DNA from: Epiperipatus broadwayi
Taxonomy: Eukaryota > Animalia > Onychophora
Length of the DNA stretch: 64,000 nt
Reading direction: 5' to 3'
NCBI GenBank assembly: GCA_028023455.1
Contig: JAQFVV010000007.1
Location: 17,050,001 to 17,114,000 of the forward strand
In this document: positions 37,617-51,345 of the stretch, piece by piece
How positions within the stretch are numbered: position 1 is the first letter of the stretch
Layout of the letters: each line of letters begins with the position of its first letter
Position numbers and translations under genes: made by a program
Notes under the pieces: model-generated
Databases searched by the model: none
Seen by the model: the letters and a program-made list of their open reading frames with translations, nothing else
What the model was told of the DNA's origin: nothing

Positions 37617-38379
37617 TTGGGGAGGGGTTCCTAACAGAGATATTTTAAATGCTTTCTCTGGCTAAGTATTTAACACAAAGCTTGTTGAGGAATTGGAAAT
37701 CCTCATTGTTTATAACTTACAAGCTTAAGAGAATAGGGTCATGTGATCTATGACTCTTATTTTGACTACTTCTTGTTTTAGTATTCTATTTATTATGGTA
37801 ATACAAAATATCAGCTGAGAAGAAATAAAATGAGTCATTTCAGTGTCCACGGACAATGTCAAGTATATAATTTATTTATATAATACAGCAGCTCCATAGT
37901 AATATGAAAAAAGTACTATTAATTTCCCAGAAAAAGTCTGAGGTATTAAAAAGAATGTACACTAGATCAGATCTCACTCTGTTTCATATTTATATGACAA
38001 TGATTCTCTGAATAGTTTGCAAACACAAATATTAAGATGTATATCAGTTTGATGGAGAGGGGTGAGAGAGAACAATATATGATTATTGTACTATTCATAT
38101 CAATTTAAATAAAGACTTTGAGAATGTTTTGAATGAAACATTTAAAAATTTTGCCCTAATAATCAAACTCAGGAACTTCATTAGCTAATGGTGGAAGAAC
38201 AACTTCCATTAGCTTTTTCTCAGTGTATATCAGCTTGAAGTGAATCAATTTACATATTATTTTAGCTATTTAAGTAGAATAGCTTACTAGAATATTGAGA
38301 TGTAATACAGATTCTGATATGATGCTTCTGCATTGGACAAGTTAAAAGATGGACATTTTATTACAAAAATATAACTGCT

Positions 38380-39190
38380 AAATTAGTTCTATGTAGAACT
38401 ACTATTCTCCTAAATGTATTGTACACAAGAGAATCAGAGATATTCTATTTGTGATATAAATATACTGGAAAATTTTTATTCTCTGGATTTGATAATATAG
38501 TGTACTATTGTAAGATATTCTTTGAACTGGGCATTTGAAATGGATAAAAGGTCACAGGCTTCTTAAGTAAGTATGATGTGATTGAGCCAGGTCTCATTTA
38601 CGTTATAGAAATGCCTCAAAGATGTTATAAAGCTGTACAGTTTCAATTATTGTCATTATCATATACATATGAAAAGTGACAAATTAATTCCTGGAATATC
38701 CCCACCAAGAATTTATTGAACAGGGACAAATAAACAACAATGTTATTTCAAAGTACTTCAGAGCTTATGAGATTCTGTTCAAAGAAAAAGACCTGAATTG
38801 TGGCCTAAACAAGTAAATCATTTGTCATGACAATACACCAAGCCAAAAAGTCACTCATTGTGAGAGTTTTTTAGCCCACAACCCAATTACACAACTAGAC
38901 CATTCTGCCTATACATCTGACTTATCTTCCAATAATTTTTAGTTATTTCCAAAATTAAAACCTGTGCTGAAATGACACAATTTTTTTTAATATAACTGAT
39001 ATACAAAGAATGTGAAAGAGCTCAACAGTATCCTAAAAATGAGCTCCAGGTGTGCTTCTAGGAAAGGGAACCCTATTTTAATCAGTATATAGATGCACAA
39101 GGGGACTACTTTGAAGACAACAGTGCCACTACTATACATTTCCATGTGTAAATTTTATAAAGGTGCATTTCAGAAATTACACCTCACACT
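38380..39190 (+). mobile_element. mariner transposase remnant
   Basis: EFIEQG..QQCYFKVLQSL*DSVQRKRPELW...HDNTP...LDHSAYTSDLS.NNF*LFPKLK and NQYIDAQGDYFE (cf. HDNAP, HPPYSPDLAP.DF.LFPKLK, CI..QGDYFE). Confidence 0.85.
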
Positions 39191-42039
39191 TATAACTTTC
39201 ATTTCATTATATATTATGCATTAATCACATTTTACATTCTTCAGTAAGTGTGGGTCATGCCCTCTCATTTATATCTTAACTTTATTTAGCATTTATCAAA
39301 TTTACAATTTAATCTAAACGTGCCAAATTTCCTCTATTCACAACTATGGTACTATTTTCATCAAATAAATACCTCAATGATTATAACAAATCATTTCTTA
39401 AGTTATAAATTATCATACCATTTTTAATTCAGATAAACATGTTAATTATTATTACTAATTACTTATAGCTTATAATTTATCACTATTTTCAGGCCAGATA
39501 TATATTTTAAAAATTAACATATCTATTATTATTAAACACAACATCACAGAATAATTCATTCAGCTCGGTTTCTCTTTTTACTTCAAGTAATGTCTTAAAT
39601 ATATTTATAACATTTTATATCCCTGCATATGCTTTAATCACATGAATAAAGACATCAGAAAAGAATAAATGACCTACAAGTGTCATTTTATGTTTAACCA
39701 GCAGTTTCAGCTGGCCAGATCACAACCTCTAACATGTCTTCATTATCTCAGTATTTTGTCAGTATTAAATTATTATCTGTTTTTTACTCACAACTATGTC
39801 ATCCTCATCACTAGATAAATACCTTAATGATTATTATTAATCATTTATTAGACTAGAAATTGTCATTATCACTTTTAGCCCATCTGAAAAGAACTGTTTT
39901 GGCATGAAATAAATATTGAAAGTGAGTCTTTTGCTTTTTTCTGATATCTTTATTTATATATTTAAAGTATATGTGATGAGGTGAAAGTTATAAATATATT
40001 TAAAATATTATACACATGGAAAGAACGTGTGGACGTTGAATTTAATTACTCCATGTGATTGTGTTCGATAATAATATATATTTTAATGTATAATTAAAAT
40101 TTAAAGTGTAGATAATGATTAAAAGTTATATGACAAATTCTAGCCTAATAAATAATTAGTAGCAGTCATCCCGATATTTATCATGAAAGGACAGTTTCAT
40201 AGTTGTGGGGTAAAAAAGTTTGGTACCTTTAGATTAAATTGTAATAAAGATGTCAAATATAAATGGATTAAAAGACCTGAATATGATTCTTGGAAATTTT
40301 TCCGTATTTCTCTTATTGGATTGCGTAATTATTGCAAATCTCATTCCTTTTATTTATTTATTGTCTTCTTCTTTAATTTGATTTTGGCATATTTGTTTGG
40401 AAATGATTACCGAAGTGATTGTTTTATTTACTCGCATATCTAACTATCTATTAAAAGCAATAATAAGATAAAAATAACATTTTCGTTTTCTACATAATGA
40501 TTATTTATATTAAAATTGTATCATATAAACTCATCATACTTATATTTATTTTGATATTATATGATTTGCTTTCATAGAGCTTCATTTATTTTTCATTTCG
40601 TAAATATTTGCACCTTCTCATCAAATGGCTTTCTCTGGAAATAATTTCCGTAAACGGTGTACTAATGAATACCGAATCAAAATAATATTTCAAAAATTCA
40701 TATTTTATAGGATTTCCTTTATTTTGTAAAAATAAGACTGATTTTAAAATAGTTTTGTTTTGTCTTGTAATCGCAGCTACTGAAAAACTTTTTTCCGTCA
40801 TGTACTGTTAAGATATAAACAAATAATATTGAGATTATAAAAATATCTAATACTTATATAAATTGTAGGCGTATTTTTGCGAATATTAAAAAATATTAAA
40901 TCTCTGACCTTCTCTGTCCAATAACTTTTTCAGTTGTAATTTAATATTGCGCTGTATGATCCATAATAGTTTTGAGATGCACTAGTGAGAGCATCGATGT
41001 ACCACGTCCCGAACAGGAATTTGAATCAGCTGAAATTTTAAAAATTTTCAGGTAACTAAAAATTTTTAACCCAATTTTTTTAGTTTTTTTCTTAAAGAAA
41101 CAATACGGTTAGCCATCCGATTATTGATTAATAAATGGATATTTAATTATTATTAACTAGAGATTGAAATAAGAATACAGCTAAAATTATTACTAGTTGC
41201 CAATTGAATAACGTAGCAAATAGTTTTCTCTTTTGCTGTTTTCTTTTTTTTTGGGGGGTGGGGGGGTGGAGGTATACTGGAAAAAATCTTTTATTTATAA
41301 TTTAAACAATCTTTTCTTCAAAACATTCTTTAAATATTAATGCCAGAATAAAAACGCTTCCAAAAGAATCCCTAAATAATGATTTGGTTATAGAGTACCT
41401 GAAAACTATTATAATAAATATTGAAAGCATTTTAATTAAAGTAAATAAATAATTGAATGATTTATTGCTTGAAAGTTTATAAAATGTTCAACCACCTTAA
41501 CAGATGGAATGGAGCCATGCTCATTGGACTTACTCCAAAAGACACCACTCTATCAATGCACTAAACCACATAGGGCAGTATTTTAATTAATAATAATACA
41601 TTTATCTTTAATAGTATTATTTATATGCGGAGTCTCATTATTTTCTATTCTAGTTTTAAACATAGGAATATATTGTCATATGTGACACCTCTAAACATAA
41701 GATGCTAAAATTTGATTAGTAGATTGGCAGACCATGTCAGATGATGATCAAGTATTATGATTGTGATTATAGTGGCTTATGATCTAGACATTTCTACAAA
41801 GAAAGCTTAATATAATATAATATTGGCAATAATAACATAATAAAATAAATTCAGTGTATTCTCTGTGGGATTAAACTGAATGATTATGTTAAGCCACTTG
41901 TAAATGTGTCTTTTAAATATAATTAGGCCTAATTCCCTTCAGAATGTAATAAATGATGATTAGATGATGAGGACTGATAATATTTTCTATTCAGTAAATT
42001 GATAACTGTGTCATATTATTGTTTATTGCATCAAAAGTA

Positions 42040-42300
42040 TACACAGTGTGTCCATGAAAAGATAGTTGGTGACTGGTTCTCTTTCTCCAAAGAATATGCA
42101 TGCAGTCCTATCTGTGAATCAACATGTGTGTTGTATAGATCATGAGTTATATCATGAAATGTGACTGCACCTTAAACTATAATGGAACAACCATCTAACA
42201 TTAAACTTAGCTTTAAATTCAGAAAAATGGCTACTGAATACTTGAAATAATTCAAGAAGAGCACAATACATGATTGATGAAGGTACAAAATACACTGCCA
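42040..42300 (+). mobile_element. mariner 5' end remnant (TIR-like start plus N-terminus)
   Basis: tacacagtgtgtccatgaaaag is TIR-like; MEQPSNIKLSFKFRKMATE resembles the mariner N-terminus MEQR..IKFCFKLGK.ATE. Confidence 0.55.
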
Positions 42301-43096
42301 AATTTTGTGTTATAACTTATGATCCATACATGTTAACATCTTAAAGAAAACAGTTTATCTGATGCTAAGAGCAAAAATAAAATTTTACTCATTGTAATAT
42401 AATAAAGACTTTTTTCAAGTAGCTGATCATAATATTTCAGCAAATTATTAAAAGTGAATCGAGACACTTGCAAGTAAGACCTTATTTACTTCGACAATAA
42501 TTAAAATTTCATCTTTGCAGTTACTATTGTTAAAACTTGCTTCCCATATAAGTTATTATTGATTTCAAACAAAATGAAATGCAGTTTGCTTGATTGACAA
42601 TTAGACCTACAAGTTTTTATGAGATTTTAACATTTGTTTCTTCAGAAGTTTGAGAGCTCTTCATCATCAACACATATATATGTAAAAAATCTCTGATTTT
42701 GACCAACGAATTAGACACTGTTGTTAAACATTTCATCAGCACCCCCTTTTACTAGATAATGCAATGCATATACATGAATAGTTTTATGATGTAATTGTTA
42801 GCCCATCTGTACCATACTCATGGTGGTTATTACATCTGAGTGGAATTTGATGTTTTTTCAACTTATTATTGTTCAAAAAATGGAATCCTAAATAAAACAG
42901 AAAAATCATGGAAGCTCTCATTAATCAGGAAGACAATGTAAAACAACCAATGACTATTTTGCATTAGCTGTCCTAGATATATATAAGAATTAATACTTGT
43001 TTAAATAAGGTTGAAACTCATTAAAATTTAGATGTATACACAGGTTCATTCATACACAGCCTAGTCATAACTTTCATGAGAAAGTCTATTTCTTAG

Positions 43097-43285
43097 CTGA
43101 GCTTTGATTGTATATATATATATGCGGAGGTGATAATCTGGACCAACTGATGAGTGCTGGTTTAGCATGAAATACATATATTGGTGATTATCTTTTCGAC
43201 ATGTGTGTACTCAAGTGTATCAGCAGTATGAGATAGTATGGATGGTTGAGGGTCGTGTGAAAGTCTGAGTTCAAACCCCCTATAT
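43097..43285 (+). mobile_element. Family B element, single copy
   Basis: Colinear with 22511-22680; ends in the B-box-like gtctgagttcaaaccccct. Confidence 0.8.
43132..43190 (+). ncRNA. Extended type I hammerhead ribozyme motif (family B, best-preserved copy)
   Basis: ataatc tgg accaa CTGATGA gtgct ggttt agcat GAAA tacata TA ttggt gattat: core intact; stem I accaa/ttggt plus ataatc/gattat around a tgg bulge; 5-bp stem II; 3-bp stem III; AUA triplet (cut after 43180). Confidence 0.8.
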
Positions 43286-44096
43286 ATTACATATAGAAGT
43301 GCAGATATGAAAAAGCCTGTACTATAGAAGAAAAAAATTCATATAGTCAAATAGTTGTAATATAATAATTGCAGTATTATTTCCCAACATTATATGTGAC
43401 TTCCGGTCTTGACTAAAAGTACATCTTTCTCTTAATAGTTGCTCAACTAATGCAAAATATTTCATATTCCAATAACAGTGAAATCCATTGTAATTCACAT
43501 GTAATTATAGCTTCATTTATATATAGCTTGATTATTTTGCAATTGGATGAGCAATCAAGTATAAAGGCATGCTGATTTGATTCGTTAATCTCAACCGTAT
43601 TTTTAGAATGCATCTTGTGGTGTAAAGAATTAATCAAAGCTTATGATGTGGCTTTATAAATGATAAACTGACACGGATTGAACGTTAAATAAATGTATAT
43701 AGAAAAATCTATTTAGTCAATAGACCTGTAATGTTGATTTCAGTGATATTTTTTTTCCTACCTATAATATCATGTCTTTTCGCTCTTATCATTAAAACAA
43801 GAATAAATTATTTAAGATGCATGGTTATGTGAAACTGTAAATATCGTTCATCCTTAGAAAATATATTTGAAAAATGAAATAACTCTTTGAAAACTTCTAC
43901 AAATAAAATTCATCTAACTTATTTCATAATTGCTTTTTAGTCAAAGTAGGCACCTAACATTAATTAATATTCCTGTTTGCCGTCAACGTGTCGCTACAAA
44001 TTATAAAAAACATTGCAAGTAGAAAATACTTCGCCCACTCCGTTCTTTTAAATTGATTAGGTATTAATGCGATAATTTGAAAATTTTATGTGTGTT

Positions 44097-44128
<32 letters not shown>

Positions 44129-44525
44129 AAAGACAGATATATATGTTACCAATAAAACAGCAACTTATGGTGCCGATTGCGGAGTAGATATCTCCAGTAA
44201 CTTTCTAAAGAACAATATTAGAGGTATTTGGCACCATGTTGAATTTTTAAAAAATTGATTTGAGACCAATTTTCACAATAACTTCAATTTTAATAATGTT
44301 AAAGCAAAAATCTTTGCATTGATAGAAACTAGAAAAAGTAAAAGAAAAAATAACGCTGACAAAATGAGTGATTGTCATTAAAAATGTAAGGAAAAAGAAA
44401 TTTGAATAAATTACTATTTTATTGTTTGATCATAATTTCTAACTTATCATTAACTAAGTTTAAAATTACATCTTCAATGATAATTTCTTTGTATTTCTCA
44501 CAGAATTTTCATTCAAATCATATAT

Positions 44526-44785
44526 CACATGATAACCATCTCTATACTAGCACATAATTTGTTGTAAACAAAGGCAAAACTACCCATACAGTAGTGCCAC
44601 CCTGTGCCAAACAGAGTAATCAATGGATGCCAGAAGGCTTGTGCATAAAGCCAGAAACTAGTCTGGGGATATTGGATGAGTAGGCACTAGATAGGGATTT
44701 TATGCACAAGCCTTCTGCCATCCATTGATTACTCTGTTTGGCACAGGGTGGCACTACTGTATGGGGAGTTTTGCCTTTGTTTACA
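44526..44785. mobile_element. Family E fold-back (near-perfect ~90-bp arms) with 13-bp TSD; the loop holds the 3' half of a hammerhead
   Basis: 44558-44648 pairs with 44698-44790; GAAACTAGTC at 44654-44663; tcaaatcatatat at 44513-44525 and 44786-44798. Confidence 0.9.
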
Positions 44786-44859
44786 TCAAATCATATATAA
44801 TACTTCTTACCTGAGATAATCCATAACTTCAGAACTTATAAAAAAAAAAAAAAAACCCA

Positions 44860-45490
44860 TAAGAATTCATCATATTTTCTTGTATCCCAGAAGTTAAAAA
44901 ATCTAAAGGCATCTATAAGAAAAAAGATTCTTCCTATTAAAAGATATAAAATAAATCATTTCCAGAAGGTGAATATGTGTTTGTAATCATACAATTGGCT
45001 TTTTGTCTATCCAAATCTAGAAATTGAAGGTCACTGTCAGTGTCCTTTCTTCATTTTTTTATTTTTTGTTCACACCAGTGATGCTTTCTTGTTATATTTA
45101 TTGTCACTCAGAGATATAATTTGTGTATAACTCATTTTCTAGCCGTAAACTAGAAAATAATGTGATGCAAAATATGGCAAAACTATTGATTCCATAACCA
45201 GGGCATAGGCAAGAATCTGGATTTGATTCTTTGCCTGCATATAATTCTGTATGGTATACATAACCATTGGGGCTATCACCACACACACACCACTTGAAAA
45301 CTCTTTTTATTGGTTTTAAGAGTTTATATTTTCACATGATACTATGCCCAGTAAATTTTGTGATTGCTTCATGCAACTGCAATCTTTCTATGCATCTGAT
45401 AATCAATCAGCTTTATAAGTTACATTGCACTGCTCTATAATAGCCTAATTTTATAGATGCATTTAAAATCATCATTTGTTATACAAGCAG
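44860..45490 (-). mobile_element. piggyBac-like transposase remnant (copy 2)
   Basis: EAITKFTGHSIM*KYKLLKPIKRVFKW.VCGDSPNGYVYHTELYAGKE; DNA homology to 26965-27625. Confidence 0.75.
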
Positions 45491-45667
45491 GCATGCTATT
45501 ACACACTAATAGAATACAGATATGCTATTAAATTAAACCTTTTGAGAGTCATTATGTCCATAAAATAAGGTTGCCTCAAACTTAGCTCAAAGCCCCAAAA
45601 TTACATTGTACATAGTCACCTAATTTACAAATATAATTTATATACTACACAGACATGTTAGTACAAA

Positions 45668-45810
45668 GAAAAATCTAAAATAATAATAGTTAAATAATAA
45701 AAAAATCTAAAATAATAAACACATCTAAAATAATAATAAATAAAAAAAATGTAAATAATATTAATCAAATAATAAAAAAATCTAAAATAATAATAAAAAA
45801 AATGTAAAAT
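45668..45810. repeat. AT-rich minisatellite (aaaatctaaaataataataaa-like units)
   Basis: At least five degenerate units visible. Confidence 0.7.
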
Positions 45811-48800
45811 TAATGTTTATGTATAATGTACTGTACCATTTATTTATATATGGTACAAATATATTGGTATTTGGTAAAAGCTAAAAGAAAAAGTAAATTT
45901 AACGATCTTTTAAAAAGAGACACATTTTAATTTTTTTTTAATTAGTGTAATTTATTTTTTTAAAACGTACAATGGAAGTTAAAAACAAAAGTTAAAATTG
46001 GAAAGAATAAAAGACACGCAGATTTCAGTTAGTAAAATCTTTCTAACTCCGATTAAAGATGGTGGAATTATGTTTTTAAAAAAGACTTTATAACTTAAAT
46101 TTAAGAAAAAATGTACAAGATTATTTTCTTGTATGCCGATAAAAGACAAAAGAAAATAGATGCACAGAGAAGTCTAAAAATGGATCGCAAATATAAAAGG
46201 TCAGAAAAACTTAAAACTGGGTCTTTGTCTTTTCCTTAACTAACAGCTTCCATTAGGTCCAGGATAAAGAAAATATCCTATCCCAGACTACTCATATGCA
46301 GGACTACCATTACTTATATGCTGAGGGAATCATCATGTGGAGTGGAACCGATGCCTTTACAGATACCTTTCATAGTATACTCACTCAGAAAAACCATCAA
46401 GTCTAGCCATTAGGGTGGGCCAAGAACCTACAAAAATGTTGACAGAGTGCAACTAGTTAACTTCAATGAGCTCTTCAAAACATGTACTACAAAACTTCCC
46501 GGTAAGATTATTCATATCCTGATTGTTACTAAATTAAACTTATAATATAATCCTGATAGAGATATTAATTTTCTTATTCAAGAGACTTTCATTTAAAGAA
46601 CTCTCTAGAAGAAATTTGGAAGTGAACTTTAATTGTTAAACTGTTTTAATTAATTGATTCATGTTTGGATTAGCATGCTATATTCTTTCCAACTTATTCA
46701 TAATTTATCTTTTAAATATTTTAATTTGTTTTAATAAAATATTTTACTTTTATCAACTTTTCATTGTGCTTTATTAATGATAATTGATTAGAATGAAAAA
46801 GTGTAGAACACTAAACATTTTTATATAATATACTCTACCAATATATTAATTTTTCTTATTTCTAACCAGATTATCAAATGTAGTAAAATTTATAATTTTT
46901 TCCAATAAATTTTTCCAAAAATATTATATATATAAAAAAAATTTTATATAGAAAAAATACAGGGAGAATTTATGTTTGAATATTAAAAATAACATGATGC
47001 ATATTTTCATGTTTATATAATATTAATAACGACTTTCTTACATTTTATCAAAATAGATTATCTTGATATAAAATTATTTTTAATTACAGAATGAAAATTA
47101 AATTTACAATGCAATATTAATTACATATTTATTATTAGTTTGTAAAACAAAATACTATTTTTATCATATATATGTTTTTGCATGCAATATATATGTATAC
47201 ATATAGACATAAATGATGGTTTGTCTCAGTTTGGGTATAGTATTCTTCTACACTGTGTATAAAATGACAAAATTCAGTTATTAGTTTATTTATTTTCCAT
47301 TTTATTAATATTATTATTAAATAAGTACTTGAAAATAAGTTAACATATAATGCAATATTTTGTTAGGAAAGAAAGATTCCCTTTATAGAAATTTTCTACC
47401 TTTGATTGATCACCTGAGGAACCTTATTTTTTTAAAAAAAAATTATTATTAATAATGACCAGTAAATATTAGAGGTTGTTAAAGTTCCAGATTCTGTCTG
47501 TATCTTCTGTTTGCACATAAAATGGTTACTGCTGTACTTAAATTGGGCTAATATATAATTTCCATTTTTATGCCCACCACTGTCAGTAAATGAAGTGAAT
47601 TTATTCTATTCTTTATCACTTCTGATGTGTGTATGTTATTCATTCAGCTTAAATGGAGTTGGTTTTCTTCGATTTGAATCTTGTATATGTTAACTTTCAC
47701 ATTTGAATTTTTGCCATCCTCATCTAGTGAAAATTTTAGTAATTAGTTCAACATTTTAATCTTAATTTTAAAATCTTTATTTAACATTGTAAATCAATTA
47801 TGTGAGCTTGAGGTTACAATCTTAAATCTACAAATGAAAAAAATTATGAAAAATCATATTTGTATTTTCCAAATATTAAAAAATATAAAAATGTGAAATA
47901 GGTAACAAAAACAATGGTTTTACATTTACTGGTTCTTTGTCATAATGCTATTGTAAAAACTAAATTTAATAAAATGTTTGATCAATCAATTTCAATTTTT
48001 AAATCTGAATGAATTATTATAAAGTTACAACAAATCTATGAAAAACTTGTCTGAAATTGTTAATTGTATTTATATTAATTTAACACAAAAAGTCAGAAAT
48101 CACTGTCATTTGACAGCTATCTGTCAGCATGTCAAGATCAAAATTTGTGCTGCTTCTGATATAACATTACTTCAAGTTTCTTAACTTGCATTTTAATAAA
48201 GAAATATATTTCAATAAAATCTAAATGGAAACAAAAATATATTTTATTTTTAATAATTTTAATGAAAATATTTTTCAAAAATAATTACAAATAATTAAAT
48301 AATCTATGAAATTTTGAAATGATTTTCTTTTCTATTCTAAATAATAGATTAAATGGTTCTTAATGTTTGTATTCAAAAAATCCATCAATCAGTGACTTCT
48401 AGTTTGTTGCATCCCTACTCTATAAGCCACTCATAGCATTCAAAAAATCCTGAAGATGTCAGTAGCCCACAAAGCATTTTATTTCAACTTTTTAGTGCAA
48501 AGTGATCACAAATAGCCATAAAAAGGCACAAAAAGGCAATTTAAAGCTATAACATGGCAGTACCATCACAGTACCCCATACCAAATCACAATAAATATTT
48601 TGTGGTTAAGCTATGTATATTTGATATTCACATGTACAAACTGATATTTGATTGTTATAGAGATTCTTAAAAATGAGATTCAGTATCTAGCCTCTGTTTG
48701 CACAATTGCAATTTTAAAGTCATTAATGCAGTGTTTAATTTGAGCTAATACATCGTTTTCTGTTTTTATTTTTAGAAATGGCAGCAAATGAAAGAAAGAT

Positions 48801-49271
48801 TATAAAGATTGAAAAATGAAAAGATAATGAATTCAGTCTATTTACTATCATTTATGATATATGACTTATTTATCCATAGCTTATGGTGGTTATGAAAGGG
48901 TAGGGTTGGTTTATATCTGTTTAAATTTTATATTCATTAAGCTATGTGCACTTGATAAAACTATATACTATGTAATTTTTTCAAATTATTATTTCAACAT
49001 TTTTTTAAAAATTTACATAAAAATTTGAAAAATAAAATACATGGGTGAGAGAACAAATAGGTATTACTGACATCAGTAAAAAAATTTTAAAAATTGAAAT
49101 GGAGCTGGGATGGACATATTACTAAAACAGATTATAATATATGGACATATTAACAATTTCGCCACTTCTTTTATTTTGCTGTAATATCTTATATAAATGC
49201 AATTCATCCACTCTGCTTTGAACACTTTTTAGCAAAAAACCTTTTTATTGTACTTGCGTTTATATAATATA

Positions 49272-49460
49272 TAGACAGTTGAAGTCTTAAAGTGAGATCC
49301 AAGAGATTGTAAGGGACCCAAAAAGTAACCACAAATAACATGAGATAAAAAAGACGTTTTCTGGCATGTCGCGGAAAAAGAGACTAAGGAAGAGAATACA
49401 TGGATTAAACTGGGAGAGATCTGTCCTGCGTGAATCAATTAAAAGCGATGAAGATGGTCA
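49272..49460 (+). mobile_element. RTE 3' end fragment
   Basis: Similar to 34030-34235 (gacagttgaagtcttaaag..ccaagagattgtaa..gaccca..; gggagagatctgtcctgc..gatgaagatg). Confidence 0.65.
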
Positions 49461-51345
49461 AATAGGAGTTAGTGCTGTATGCACATATATATATATTGGT
49501 TTGTATGTATGTGTGCTAATACATATTAATTTTTTGTGCAAACAATTATAATTATCTTTAAGATACAAAAATACTATTTGCATATGAATAAAATATACAC
49601 GTAGATATGTATATGTGTTAACTATTAAATAATCTAAAGATATAATATTAAAATGTGTTGTCAAGTGAAAATTAACTATTTCAAGTATGATTTGTAAATG
49701 ATAGTAGATTATAAAAAGCTATTTATGTTGCGATTAATAATATTGTTTTCTAAAATATGTTTTATGCATACGTTCTTTATTTCTGCTGTTATATTTCCGA
49801 GTTATTTATTACTATTATATGAAATATTTTGAGCGTATTAACGTCTATTGTTGAGTGAGCAAATTGTTTGCGTGCCTAAAGACATAACATTCTTCTCTAG
49901 AATAGAAAGAGAAATAGATTAACTAAAATATACTTTATATTATATGTGTAATGTGTGTATTTGTATCTACAGGGAATTTAACTTTCTATCATTTCTTTTT
50001 TCTGACTAGTTTCACATTAAAAAACTTTTTAAGTTTTTTGTTTAAAGACACGTGGAATAACCGTGCTATAAATTTTTGCCTTCTATAGTCAGGCAATATC
50101 ATCATCACCTATATTTGCTTATCACTGCTTATTATCCATATAACACAACTTTCTTCTGGATTCAGCATTTAAAGCTATTCATAAATGTTAACATGCCCTT
50201 TATATCATCAAATCGCTTAATTTATTTTGTAAATCAAATTTTGATTCAAAATCATATATCATTTTCTTCTAAGAACTAAAAAATGAGATATTAACAATCT
50301 AAAATACTAAAATCATTCGTATTTGGTGTCTTACACAGGAATTCGTCAAGATAAAGTTTGGTTTCCATATGAAAATATAAGTTTCGCATTCTAATGCACG
50401 TCATTTGAGAATGAACATAGAACTTTTATAAATCGAATTTAGATAATTTGTAAATATGGTCAACACAAACTATGACCTATATTATTAATGACTGTCAAAT
50501 TTATATGTGGAAGAATTTAAGAACTTTATAAAATCATTAATGAACCTATCTTTTGGATGGGATTTCTTCAGGTTTCTTTACGATATCTTGTTTATAGTTA
50601 GACTGGCTAAATCAATATTCTAAATAACTAAATAATTTTTAATTGCTAATTTCCAATCTACCAATCTGATATACAAATCATTAATGTTATGCAAGATTAT
50701 GCTGTTGTAGGTAATTAGGTATTAGGATAACATATGATAATTATCATGGTTGTTTGTCTTTATTACTTCTTTTCACTGTATAGCCATGGTAACAGAATGC
50801 AACTATCTGGGATTATTATTAGCAAAATATCATAGAGAAACTTGTAAAGATTTCAACTAGAATATGGATTCACTAGTAGCGTTATTAATGTCTTCAATTT
50901 CTGCCATTATAACCATAAATTTGATTGACATTAATTATGAGATTTGTGGTCGCATTTACAGATATCAAACACCATCTATGAAGCAGAAGAAAACAATGCC
51001 CATGGATTGTCTTGAATCTGTTGATGACATTCTAGTTACAAATAGGAAGTTCAAATTCAGCTGTCTTTCTTGTTGGATCTGTAAAAAGAAATCTGTTTAG
51101 AACATCCTAAGATTTCCTTTTTTTAAAACATGTAATTCTTCAATTATAGATACTTAGTCGATCATCGAAAAAGATCTTGATTTGAAATGAATCTTAGATA
51201 GTGAAATTATATCTTGAGAGACAAAAAAATTTGAATACACAATATAAATACTACTATAAGAAATATTCTGGATCACTCAAATCTACTCCTTTGTAGTAGC
51301 CTCTTCTCCTTTCACATATTTCTCCACCTGATATCAGAAAAGAAG

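Larger units (their letters stand above)
36780..37769. mobile_element. Family D retrozyme-like array: inverted copy plus 1.6 tandem copies of a 402-bp unit, 11-bp TSD
   Basis: 36782-37115 is the reverse complement of the unit; direct repeats start at 37116 and 37518; ttcttgtttta at 36769-36779 and 37770-37780. Confidence 0.9.

Noticed and set aside
36780-37769. CRISPR-like or LTR interpretation of the repeat array
   Set aside because: Long 402-bp units without unique spacers, no TG..CA ends or PBS; eukaryotic context.
34862-44221. Scattered candidate + strand exons (34862-34976, 40970-41051, ~44139-44221)
   Set aside because: Plausible splice signals and short open frames, but no recognisable protein and no consistent phase chain.
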